Source: Lingula anatina (lineage: Eukaryota; Animalia; Brachiopoda). Taken from it: a stretch of DNA of 64,000 nucleotides. Made by a program: the position numbers and the translations under genes. Position 1 is the stretch's first letter, and each line of letters opens with the position of its first letter. The stretch spans positions 18,166,001 through 18,230,000 of the forward strand of contig CM120642.1 in assembly GCA_051362555.1 (NCBI GenBank), given 5' to 3'. Positions 27,674 through 38,996 of the stretch are shown here, one piece after another. Under the pieces are notes generated by a model. That model saw only the letters and a program-made list of their open reading frames with translations. It was not told the origin of the DNA and ran no database searches.

Positions 27674-30075
27674 TTAGTGGTACAATTTATTTCCAGGATG
27701 CAAGAGTTCGGCGTACACCTCGCGGTCTGAACGTCGGGTAAGCTCTAGGCTGCTGTTGTAGACGTTGGAGTACTTGCTGAGCTCACAGGTTGCCGTAGTC
27801 TCCAAAAAATTCACTGATAGACAGCTGCAGTCTCGGCAACAGAGGGCGGCACATTCTGTGAGGGAGTGGACGTCATGCTCGGACCTGTATGTAAGGGATG
27901 CGTCAATACCCATAACGTAGCCTTGGTGAACCTTAAGCTGTGCACCATAAACTGAAATGGGCATCAAGGGATTCTTTGTATTGGATTGAATTTATGCAGT
28001 GCAAACTTATCATATAATTTGGAAATACTATGGAACAAGTAAATAATTAGTATAAAGAAGATTCATGATTTGTTATATAATCATCATTATCATACTTACT
28101 AGGCTCTCTGCACAGTTCTACGGTCGTCTGGATCTGTTCTGCAGATAAAGCAGTTCCGTACCATTGGACACACTTCATGGCACCAGAGAAATATCTCGTA
28201 TCTGCTGCGGAGCTGTGTCTGGCCCCCATACGCACAGGTGTATCGGTGATAAGATTCAGCTGAGGGGTATTCTGAAGCTGACCCACCTCGACCCCGTTCA
28301 CCCACAACTTGACGATCCCAGTCTGGAAATCGTACGTAAAGCCAGCGTAGACCCAGGCAGTATTGGAAAGTACAGGGAGGTAGTAGGACTGTGCTTCACT
28401 ATAGGGTTCCTTTATCAAAGGACGAAGGTACAATGATCCACTCACAATAGCCCATATGTGAGTCCCGTATTCATAATTGTTCTCACTACGGCGAAAATTA
28501 AAGAGTGGTCCCTGATTCGACATGTCTTCCAGGTGCACGTAAGCTAGCCACGTAAAGGAAGTGACGTTCAATGCTCCATTGTTTGGGATTTCGATGTAAG
28601 AAGAAACTGTCCCCGCAAATTTAGCCGAGCCTTCGCCGATTCCATAAATACCTACGTGGATAGCATAAAGTGAAACTGATAAACCGTACAAAGCGTCTTT
28701 TTGTGAATTATGAATTGCGTTAAACTGTTCTGTTTGATATTTGCCTCGGTTCGTGTGGCAATTCTCTTTTGCCCCTCGTTAGAAAAATCTCCAGGAAAGT
28801 GTACATTACCAAAAAGCCACAAGTAGATTTCAGCCAAGATTTAATTGAATAAAGGAAATAGATGTGCCTACAAATTGAGCCCAGCCTTCCATGATATTAT
28901 AAATACTCAATTAAATGATAAGTTTTATAATCCTTTAATCTGATACCATATCGCTTTTCTTCAAGTCTGTGATTAATTTACCTGCATCAAAATCGACTCC
29001 TTGCACAATGGCATGGTTACCGTTCCCACTAACGTCCAAGCCTCCAAATCGTTTAGTGAGTGGCCAAAATCCAGCTGGGCGGGGAAGATCAGCTAAATAT
29101 GCAAATACCATATGTAGATAATTTTTTTTTCTCGATAAGTTGTTATGAATGGGACTATGAAAGTTTGTGGTACACTGGGTTGGAGGAGTCATAAAGGTTT
29201 TTTTTCCCTAAAGCACTTCTTAATGTTGACAGCCTTACTGTAGACGCTAGTAAAACATGCAAAGTTCGTAGCAGAGAAAAATAGGGGAATAATTATGAAA
29301 GTGGAATAGTTTCAACCGGCGAATATCGGCAATTGCCGGTGTGACATGAATGGTACGTGTAGTTATCTAGGAACAGTAGTCTGTACTCCATTATTTTGTA
29401 CAGGTGACATTCGCCCCATATATAGTTTTAACCCCAATGCTCCGATAAAGCCTAAACTGTATTTATCATATGGGATCCCGGACTTCCATTCCATGATTAA
29501 ACTTTGTGTAGGTGGGTGTGTGTGGGGGGGGGGGGGGGGGGGGGGGGGTGCAGGAAATTGAAGTACCTTTAAAGCTATACAAGTTCTTTTTTTTACTTTT
29601 CCTTGGGCCTGCCGCAATATTCTGTATTTGACACCAGTTTTTAAAAAGAATCGTAATATCATTGTAGAGCAAAAAGTAAACAAAATGCTGGAAATATAGA
29701 CATAATATAAACATTTACTATAACATATCCTGTCCAATTCAATTGAGAAAATGACAATTTATGGGTCCATTTCAAACTCTTTCTTTCAAAACCTTTTTTA
29801 GACCGGAAAGTGTAAATTTTATCAGTCTTCGTCTTCATAACGACAGCAGCCCAAAACCAATACTTAGTACTAATTATATTCGCTCAATTCAAAACCATCA
29901 GTTCAGATTTGGTTGGCAGCGGCTGGTGCGATGTTAATGTCTGCCATAAAATTACAGTACATTATCACAAATTAGAAAATGAACACACAAGGGGACTATA
30001 CTCACAGCTTGTATCGCCAAACGCAATTTCGGCAAGTACGAATACCATGGATGACCAGGGAAGTAATAAAAACAT
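27674..30075 (-). CDS. Secreted LamG/pentraxin-like + PAN protein, copy 4 (~336 aa); exons 30075-30006, 29092-28982, 28651-28100, 27951-27674
   Basis: Signal exon MFLLLPWSSMVFVLAEIAFGDTS ending at GTGAGT; exon sizes 70/111/552/278; phase-1 GT-AG introns; open frame. Confidence 0.9.
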
Positions 30076-31741
30076 CTCGTGCCCTTGGACGCGTGTAGTT
30101 GTTTTAGAAAAAAGCATGAAATATAAAATGTTAAGTTTTCTGACTTTCGGATTTGCTTGTCGTCAATACTGCATACCCCGACAGGCTGACAAAAAGACCG
30201 ACCAAAGTGTTGTAGGCTTGAAAAGATCGTTTTTATCCAAAGAAAAAGGAAAACAATGTCATCATTCAAAGTAACTATCAAATATTCATGCAATCTAAAT
30301 TTTCCTTCCGTCTGCTAGTACAAAGAATAAGGCAAATATATATTGTTTCCCGTCGTCACACGTGTCACTTAAAACTCTGGGACCAAGAAGTGCCGGATCC
30401 GGCAGTGAAGGCCGTACGGCCAGTATTATGACGGCCAGAGGTTTGTTTTGAAGGCAATCTGTGAAAAGCACACTGCATGTGAGGTTTAATTTTTTCTTTT
30501 GCAATCGACCTCAAATTTCGATGTTGTAAATGATCTGGCGCCCAGTACCTAGACCAAAGTAGGGGAAGCGCAAACGCAAAGGTTTCATTGAATGAGCGAA
30601 AAGTTCTGGCCTTCATTCAAGAACATACTAGTGTTCTTGCAGTATTTTTCAGGGTGGTCATATTTTGTTGGTGCCCATTACTTTTCGTGTTTATCTTCAA
30701 TCATTTAACATGTTCTTTACATAAATTCATGTATTTTTACTGAGCAAATGTTTAAATAAGTAACCATTTTGCATAACATTCAAGGCATGATTCCGAAATT
30801 GCGGAGGTTTAGATTTGAATGAATAAAAAAGTAAGGAAGAAAAAATGCGCCACTTTAAAGATCTTCAATAATTTCCTTCAAGAAACACAATAATTTCGTT
30901 CGGCCTTGTCCATTGCTTTAGATTCCAATATGTGTATTTACTAGATCTATTGCGTAGATGTTTTTCATCGACAGCTTTGTTCTCGTGTTCAAGTTGATGT
31001 GTCAAGTAAATCAATACATGAAGTTCCATAACAATGACTATAGTTCCATAATAATGGCACGTCGAGAGAATTCTCTCAATTATTAAACATCTCTTCTATA
31101 AGCAAATAAAAAACAAATATTTAAATAGCATTACAAAAAACATATTCCAATGTTTATTTTGAAGACAATCTGTGAACCAGATGTGCGATATGGATAAGCA
31201 CGTTGCATTTGACATTATAATTTTGCGTGTATTTATTCAAAAAAACGTTGTGTGCATTGAAACCCTCGTTAAAACGAAAACTTAACCCGGGAACGAAAGA
31301 AAGATATAATTTAGCTGAAAAACTTTACTTATGATTTGTTGCAATATCGACATGGAATTCTGTTAAGGTATTCGGTTCTTTAGCAAGTGGACAGAAACCC
31401 ACTGCACATGTCGATTACTTGGTTATATTACCCGGTCTCCATTCGTGTTGGTCAATTGACGGAAATGGGCTACTTATTCATTTCAGTGGTGTATAATGAT
31501 TCCTGGCGTTATGCGATATCAATACACCATTCAGTTTAAGATGAAGTACATGGACTTTGTCTTATATACAACACCTTCGATTTTAACCAGTTCAAACAAA
31601 GACAAAATGTAACTTACATTGGACTATTGCAGGAAGTTGGTAAACCTATTCCAATACAAGAGACATGTGAGTCCATCGTATTACTCGATTAAATACAGGA
31701 AAAGAGAGACGCATCGACCCATCTTAAATTCGTCGGTGAGC

Positions 31742-34700
31742 TTAATGGAAAAATTTCTTTCCAGGATACAATAATTCGGCGTACACCTCGCGGTCTGAAC
31801 GTCGGGTAAGCTCTAGGCTGCTGTTGTAGACGGTGGAGTATTTGCTGAGCTCACAGGTTGTCGTGGTCTCCACATAATTCACTGATAGACAACTGTGGTC
31901 TCGGGAACAAAGGGCGGCACATTCTATGAGAGAGAGGACGTCATGCTCGGACCTGTATGTAAGGGAAGCGTCAATACCCATAGTGTAACCTTGGTGAACC
32001 TTTAGCTGTGCACCATATACTGAAATGGACGTCAAGGGCTTCCTTGTATCACATTGAATGTATGCACTGTAAACCTTTATGTCACTGGGGAATACTATGG
32101 AACAAGTAAATAAATAGTATAAAGAAGATGCATGATTTGTTATATTATTATCATTATAGTGCAGCCTATGGGTCGTACACCATGCGCCATGTACTGAAAG
32201 ACACATCTTTTCGTCTAAAATAATATTTAGGGACATGTTCGAATCCCAATTCAAACGGCAGTATCGGAGCACATAAATTATATTTGTAAAGATGTATACA
32301 AAGATGTGAAATAATCATACCATTACCATACTCACCAGGCTCTCTGCATAGTTTTACGGTCTGCTGGATCTGTTCTGCAGATAAAACGGTTCCGTACCAT
32401 TGGACACACTTCATGGCACCAGAGAAATATCTTGAATCTGCCGTGGAAATGTGTCTGGCTCCCATACGCACAGGGGTATCGGTGATATGATTCAGCTGAG
32501 GGGTGTGCTGAAGCTGACCCACCTCGACTCCGTCCACCCACAACCCAACCATACCGGTCTGGAAATTGTAGGTAAAACCAGCATAGACCCAGGCAGTATC
32601 AGTTAGTACAGAAAGGGAGTAGAACTGTGCTAAAGTATAGGGTTCCTTTATCACAGGACGAAGAAAAAATGCTCCACTCCCAGTAGTCCATATATGGGTG
32701 CCATAATCGTAATCATCCGCTGTGCGGCGAAAGTTGAAGAGTGGTCCCTGATTCGACATGTCTTGTAGGTGCACGTAAGCCAGCCACGTGAAGGAACTGA
32801 CGTTTATTGCTCCATTGTTTGGGATTTCGATGAAGGAAGACACTGCACCTGCAAATTTGGCCGAGCCTTCGCCAATACCATAAATACCTAAATGAATGGC
32901 ATAAAGTGAAACTGATACATTATGTTAAGCGTGTTTTTTTGTGAGGTACATGTTTGAATTGGTTAAAATTGTTTTAGGCTACTGTTTTATATTTGCCTTG
33001 GTTAGTGTGGCATTTCTTTTTTTCTCCCCCTCCCCCCTCCGTGAACAAAATCCTGGTTCCACCAGAGTGTACATTACCAAAAAGCCAAAAGAAGATTTCA
33101 GCCAAGCTTTTACTCAATAAAGGAAGACACTGCGCCTACAAATTGAGCCCAGCCTTTTCTGATATTTTACATACTCAATTGAATGATAACTTTTTATGAT
33201 CCCTTAATATGATAACACATCGCTTTTCTTCAAGTCTGTGATTCACTTACCAGCATTGAAATCGATCCCTTGCACAAAGGCATGATTACCGTTCCCACTA
33301 ACGTCCAAGCCTCGAAATCGTTTGGTGAGGGGCCAAAAACCAGCTGGGCGGGGAAGAACCGCTAAAATATGTAAATATAAATGCATATTTATATAATATA
33401 GATGCAATTTCCTTCTCGATAAATTTTGTACCTAAAGTACTTGTTAATGCCAACAGGCTTGCTATAGGCACTAATAAAACATAGTCATAGCCCAACGAAT
33501 ATCGGCAATTGGTGTCGTGACAGAAATGGTAGCTAGCTAGGAACCGCGTAGTCTGTTCTCAGTCATTTTGTACAGGTGACATTCGTCCCATGTAAAGTAG
33601 TAACCCCAATACTCCCACAATCCCTAAATTGCACTTATGGAATATATGGAATCCCGAACTTGTATAGCAAGAAGTAAAAAAAAAACGCTGGAAATATAAA
33701 CAAAATACAGACTTGACATTTAATAAGGAACATTTTTTCCCAAATTTAAATTCATCATTTTTTTCCTATTTTGCTGACTGATAAATGAAAATGAGGATTA
33801 AAATAATATTTTAATAGCTTTTAATAATCTTTCTGGTGTCATTGCGACACCAGTTCATTAACTGGATTAGCCAGTGAAGCAAACAAAACTACATTGACTA
33901 TTTTAAGTCATACGACAATCATTGAAACGATATTTTCCAATTATCCTCTTTAAAAGAGGTACACACCCCACAAAAGATCCTCATGTCAGTGTCTAGTCAC
34001 AGCAATGGTCGCTGTTACGCCTGACCGCATCTAGCTGCTACCGCATTTTTAAAGCGGCAAGGTATTCCTTGGGACGGTTAGAGTTTAACCTGGAATAAAA
34101 TTCCAGGCAACGGTCAAAACTTGTCCAATTTGGTTCAGATTTGTTGCAGGACATGCAGGCCTTTGATTCGGCGAGTAATGACCTACCCACATATTGTGTA
34201 TGCGGTTCAAAAGTGGCGATTTTGATTACCAAGGGAGCTGCTCATTCCCTTGGTTCTGTAAGTTATCTGCTATTAAAAGTCCTTTGTGTGAACCGGCAAT
34301 CTCATTTTGCAACCTAAAATTGTTCCTAAGGTGCCCCCTATCAAATGAGAGTCAAGTGGTTCCCAGATTATTCCTTTGATGTGGTTCAGGTTTTCATCGA
34401 TGACTATACCATTGGTGTTTTGGCACCAATGTGGTATCCACTGCAAATACTGGTGCTGTCAATGTCCCTAGTCACTTTAGAAGCGACACACGCTTCATCG
34501 TAGGCCTCTTTAGGATGCCTGCTAACTCTTTTTGACCAGTTGAGCGGTACAGGTGAAATCTGACCTCGATAAAGAAAGCCACGCGGTTTCAGTGTTCTAC
34601 CAAGAAACGGCCATGGTCCCCAATTCATTAGAGAAACATACGACGATGTTTTGCTGTTTACAGTGGCTTCCTCAGAGGACGTCTGGTATCCTAACCTGCT

Positions 34701-35507
34701 AAAATCAGTTTGGTGTTCGCTAAGAGCCTCATTCTGAACGGACCGGGTGGTTTTTGTTAAGTTGCAGCAGCATATCCAGAAGGACAGTGAATCCTGTACC
34801 CCGGTGGTAAGATTTCGATACATTCGGCGCGGCCTCTGTGTTGGTGCATCAGTCTGGGCATATATCTAAATTGTATGGACCATTCCGTGTGACACAATTA
34901 TCTGTCTGGCAATGTCTGTATGTCTGCAAATGTCTGCAAAAGCCAAGCACTGGCCAGCCCATATTACACAATACAGCAGTGCAACAGACATGGTATTCAG
35001 TTAATTGGTAGCGACACACCTGACTTCACACTTCTCCAGTCAGATATCTTATATGAGATCTGATTTTTTTTTTAAAGAACGCATTTTTACCAAGTTATAC
35101 TTTTGTAACTGAGATACTCCATATTAACTGTCAAGTCTGTATAAACCATATTACTTAGATATATCCTGTCCTATTCAATTGAGAAAATTGCAATTTATAA
35201 ATCTGTTTCCAAACTCCTAATTTATGAAATTTTCTAGACCGCCAAGTGTGAATGTTAACAATCCCAAATTCCAATGCGAAAGCAGCTAAAAATCATTAAT
35301 CGGTATTAATTGTTTTCGCTCATTTCAAAACATCACACGTTCTGTTTTGGTTTTCAATGTTTGCCTCTGACATCAAATTACAGTGCGCGATTAAAAATAA
35401 GCAAATGAACACACATGGGGACTATACTCACAGATTGTATGGCTTAACACAATATCCGCAAGTGCCGTCGCCATGTACATGTAGGACCAGGAAAGTGATA
35501 AAAACAT
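31742..35507 (-). CDS. Secreted LamG/pentraxin-like + PAN protein, copy 5 (~338 aa); exons 35507-35432, 33361-33251, 32887-32336, 32019-31742
   Basis: First exon MFLSLSWSYMYMATALADIVLSHTI is homologous to that of copy 4; exon sizes 76/111/552/278; open frame; intron 1 carries a Tc1 insertion. Confidence 0.88.
33708..35139 (-). mobile_element. Decayed Tc1/mariner DNA transposon (1432 bp), TA target-site duplication, transposase pseudogene on the minus strand
   Basis: TIRs cagacttgacatttaataagga / rc cagacttgacagttaatatgga, flanked by TA (33706-7, 35140-1); empty site cataaTAtaaac in the copy-4 intron (~29701-29712). Frameshifted minus-strand remnants RRPLRKPL*TAKHRR, NRVAFFIEVRFHL, RVSRHPKEAYDEAC...GAKTPMV and FRLQNEIAGSH...LPW*SKSPLLNRIHNMW match the Tc1 motifs RRPxKKPLL, VLFSDESRF, QDNAPxH and WPSxSPDLNPIENxW. 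Confidence 0.9.
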
Positions 35508-35943
35508 CCCGTGCCCTTGACGCAGTTTTTGAAAATAGCATAAAATATAAAATGTCAAGTTTTCAGATTTCGGATTTGCTAGTTGCCAATATACCCAAGG
35601 CATTCTCGTGTGCCAGTTAGTGTATCAAGTAAATCAATACATGCAGTTCCATAACAATGACTGAAGTTCCATAATAATGGTACGTCGAGAGAATTCTTTC
35701 AATTATTTAACATCTCTTCTATAAGCAAAGAAAAAACGAACATTTTAGAAAACATTACACTGAATATAATATTTCAACGTAACTATTAATATAAAATGGT
35801 CTGGCTATTTATGTGTTTGTGCATTTGTTAATGAATACAGTAACATAAGGTTTAACTTGCCGTCGGACTGTCATATAGTCGGAAGTTATTTGCCCTGGCA
35901 TTTGCTAAAATGACTATCTCTTAATACCAGTCAAAAGTGTCTA

Positions 35944-36180
35944 CACACACTGGACAATAGAAGTGTCACCCCTACTGAACCAATACTTTGGGGGAAATAA
36001 ATGACTGTGGAATGATATGCTCCTGGTATCATTATATTAACATCAAATTTACAAAAAGACCATTTGTACAATTCCAAGGCACACCGGTTTTATACTCATT
36101 AGTCACATAATATCTTTACCAGGCATTATAACTGTGATTACTCTGATTCAGGGGGTGACACTTCTATGGTCCAGTGTGTG
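35944..36180. mobile_element. Tc1/mariner-type MITE with TA target-site duplication
   Basis: TA-cacacactggacaatagaagtgtcacccc ... ggggtgacacttctatggtccagtgtgtg-TA; ~29-bp TIR with one mismatch. Confidence 0.85.
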
Positions 36181-36233
36181 TATTTAGTTTCCTTAACAGG
36201 GGAGAGATTACACGAACTGACGTTGCGCCTCTT

Positions 36234-36473
36234 GGATCATTCCCAATGCAACTATTGTTCTACGTAGATCGATCCAACTCCACGGGGACTCTCTGAATGC
36301 AATCAGACACGTCTTCCCTTGTTTCCAGCGTCCTCGTATATTATCCAGCTATCTGTATTCTATTCAACGCCAGGAGGAGCCATATTAACCTGCTAATCTG
36401 ATTACATTCAGCGAAATTCCTCGCGGAGTTGAATGGATCTATGTAGAACGACAGTTTCACTGGGAATGGGTCC
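36234..36473. mobile_element. Hairpin MITE (Harbinger-like family also at 20875, 23718, 37808)
   Basis: ~75-bp imperfect inverted arms: cattcccaatgcaactattgttctacgtagatcgatccaactcc... vs ...ggagttgaatggatctatgtagaacgacagtttcactgggaatg. Confidence 0.8.
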
Positions 36474-37144
36474 TCTGATAGAGGATGGTATGAATATAAA
36501 ATCAAATTGTAACATTTATAGGTGATCGTTATAATTTTGATAAGTCACATGCACAAGTGCCTCTTAGTCTTCATGCAAAATAATGATAATTAAATGAATA
36601 AAGAAGTAGATATATAGATAAACAGGAAAAGCTTTCAGAAAGCGAAGACCCCCGCCGAGGCAGATTTTTTAAAATTATATATCCCTTAATTAACTCACTT
36701 CTCATTATCATTCTAATTAGTTATTAATCTTTTAACTACGTAATTATCTCAAATGACATGTAGAAAGGTGATGTGCTGTATACTAAAATGAGGTACCAAA
36801 TTTCAAAAACACTACTAGACTGCAAATTGCATTTTTATATACACCGGATCAATACACTTTCTGCCAGCCATTTGATAAGCAAGTTAAATAAAACTCGAGG
36901 AAATATCAATAAATGTTATTTACTCATCTGACATTGAGTCACTTAACCCCGCTTGCCCTTTCCTGTCGTGTGACGCATAGTTGACATTTAACAAAAGCTT
37001 CTACTGCAAATTGAATTTGGAAGATGGTTTTTTACAAAGAAATCAATTAACGGTTGGATCCTTTCTTCTGGTAGGATTCAATGTAATTGCGTTCGTGTAA
37101 TGCCAAACACCCCAGAATGCAAACTTATAGACGTGGGACACAGT

Positions 37145-37393
37145 TCAGGGGCGGATCCAGGATTATTTGAAAGGGGTTTTCGCGGATGCGAAACCGCCCC
37201 CCCCCTCCCACCTCGCAGGGTTCGGGGCCCGCTGAAGGGCCCTAAAATTTTAGGTATTTTTAGAGGGCGAACGGTGCCATTTGGTATGGTTTGAAACTGT
37301 GATTCAGTTAGTCAAAATTTCAAGAGGGAACCAGAAGTCGAGGGGGGGGGGGGGATCAGGACCCCCCTGACTCCCCATCTAAATCCGCCACTG
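37145..37393. mobile_element. CAGGGGCGGATCC-type MITE with G-rich interior (relatives at ~37655, ~40750-40980 inverted, ~47997, 48504-48722)
   Basis: Starts caggggcggatccagg, ends aaatccgccactg; internal segments are shared among the listed copies. Confidence 0.7.
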
Positions 37394-37807
37394 CAGTTAA
37401 AACTCTGGGACCGTTCATGCTGAGTTGGGTCGCACCACCCAGTGCTGCAGGGTTCCTGGTCTTTTACAAAAGAGAAAACAAATTAAGAATAATATCAAAT
37501 AGATTAAAGAAAATTACCTTCCTTGTATACAACACTGGAAATCAAATTTTCAAAAGAAGAAAGAGAAAGATTGTTTATTCAAGTTCTATTGTACATAATT
37601 TAAAAAGAAAATTCTACTGTGTTAAGAAGGGCAAAATGACCTAAGTATACAGTACAGGGGCGGATCCAGTATTGCTTGAAGGGGGTGGGGGGTGGGGTCC
37701 GGTTTTTAAGTTTGACAGGTCGCCGATGCGAAACCGACCCTCGCCAAACCCCCACACTCCCTTGGCGTGAGGTCTTTTAGCAGGCGAACGGTGGCCATTT
37801 AGAACTA

Positions 37808-38073
37808 TGACTGGGTTCCCATACCTAGATCGAACTAACAGGATCGATCCATCTCCAACGGGTTTCTCGCTAAATTGCTTTCAGCTTAAGCGGGCGGCTT
37901 AGATGTCTGGCACGCCTACTGAAGCTGCTAAACGATAATTGATTATTCCCTAGCAGCTTCAGAAGGCGTGACAGGCATATAGGCTGCTTAAGTTACATGT
38001 AATTGTAATTTAGCGAGAATCCCCTTGGGGATAGATCATCAACAGTTGGTACGATATGTCTGGGAATGGTCCC
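37808..38073. mobile_element. Long fold-back MITE nested inside a CAGGGGCGGATCC-type element
   Basis: Near-complete palindrome (ggcacgcctactgaagctgcta / tagcagcttcagaaggcgtgac; tctcgctaaatt / aatttagcgaga). It interrupts host sequence gaactatga|ttcag..agtcaaaatt that is contiguous in the 37145 copy. Confidence 0.75.
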
Positions 38074-38885
38074 TATGATTCAGCCAGTCAAAATTCTAAG
38101 TTCAAGAGAGGACCATTGGTGTGATTTTTTCCAGATATCGAAGGTGGCCAAATTTCAATGGACGCCAAATAGAAAAATATCCGAGATATGTAAGGACATA
38201 AGCGGGACTTAAAGACCTTTATAACTATGTCTTCACTTTGCGGTAGCTCAAAAAATAGTAGTTTCCAGACAGACCACATATCGCTATTATTGTGTTGTTA
38301 AGTGAATGACTTGCTCTTTCACTAATAGCTGGTAATAATTAATGAGGAATCCAATTATAAATAAAAGGATATGGAGTGATTGAGTGTAAGTTTAATTTCT
38401 CTGGGAGTCAACAAGTATGGGAACTGTTTTAGTGTAAGGAAAAGATAAAAAAAAAAAGGTCTAAGTCAGAGACAGTTTAATTTGACCGGTTAATTTCACA
38501 ATAGGATTGCAATTTTCTATCACGAGTATGAGAACATGAGAATGGAAGATTTCCGATAAGCATGCCATAGACAGTGGAAAAAATTATTGAAAGTGTGATT
38601 AATACAAAGAAATAGAGTAAAAATATTTGCCAATTTGTATGATAAGTGAGTTGGTGAATATATGTTTGAAGGCTCCACTAAAAAAAATATTACGCATACC
38701 TTGCCCATTCTCAAAGGCAAAATCTATGGTGGTTGAGTTCTACCTCAACCCCAAACACAGTCTCAGTCGCATGTAAACATAATCAAATCTCATTTGATGA
38801 TGACTTACAAATATGGGTATATTTGGTAATCACCAAAGTCACCAAAGCCAGCAAAAGTGTTCAAATTTCATAAATGAAAATGGTC

Positions 38886-38996
38886 AAACACAAGCCGAAA
38901 TAATTTCATAGACCTACATTTGTACCGTTAGCTTACGACCAACCTGAAAGTAGGCCTTCATCAACTAACGGTATGAAAGTATTTCGGCTTGTGTTT
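38886..38996. repeat. Short inverted repeat / MITE remnant
   Basis: aaacacaagccgaaataatttcata vs tatgaaagtatttcggcttgtgttt. Confidence 0.6.

Noticed and set aside
30295-30350. Hydrophobic stretch YIFALFFVLADGRK as the signal exon of copy 4
   Set aside because: No in-frame ATG or donor; a proper exon with ATG, GTGAGT donor and homology to copy 5 exists at 30075-30006.
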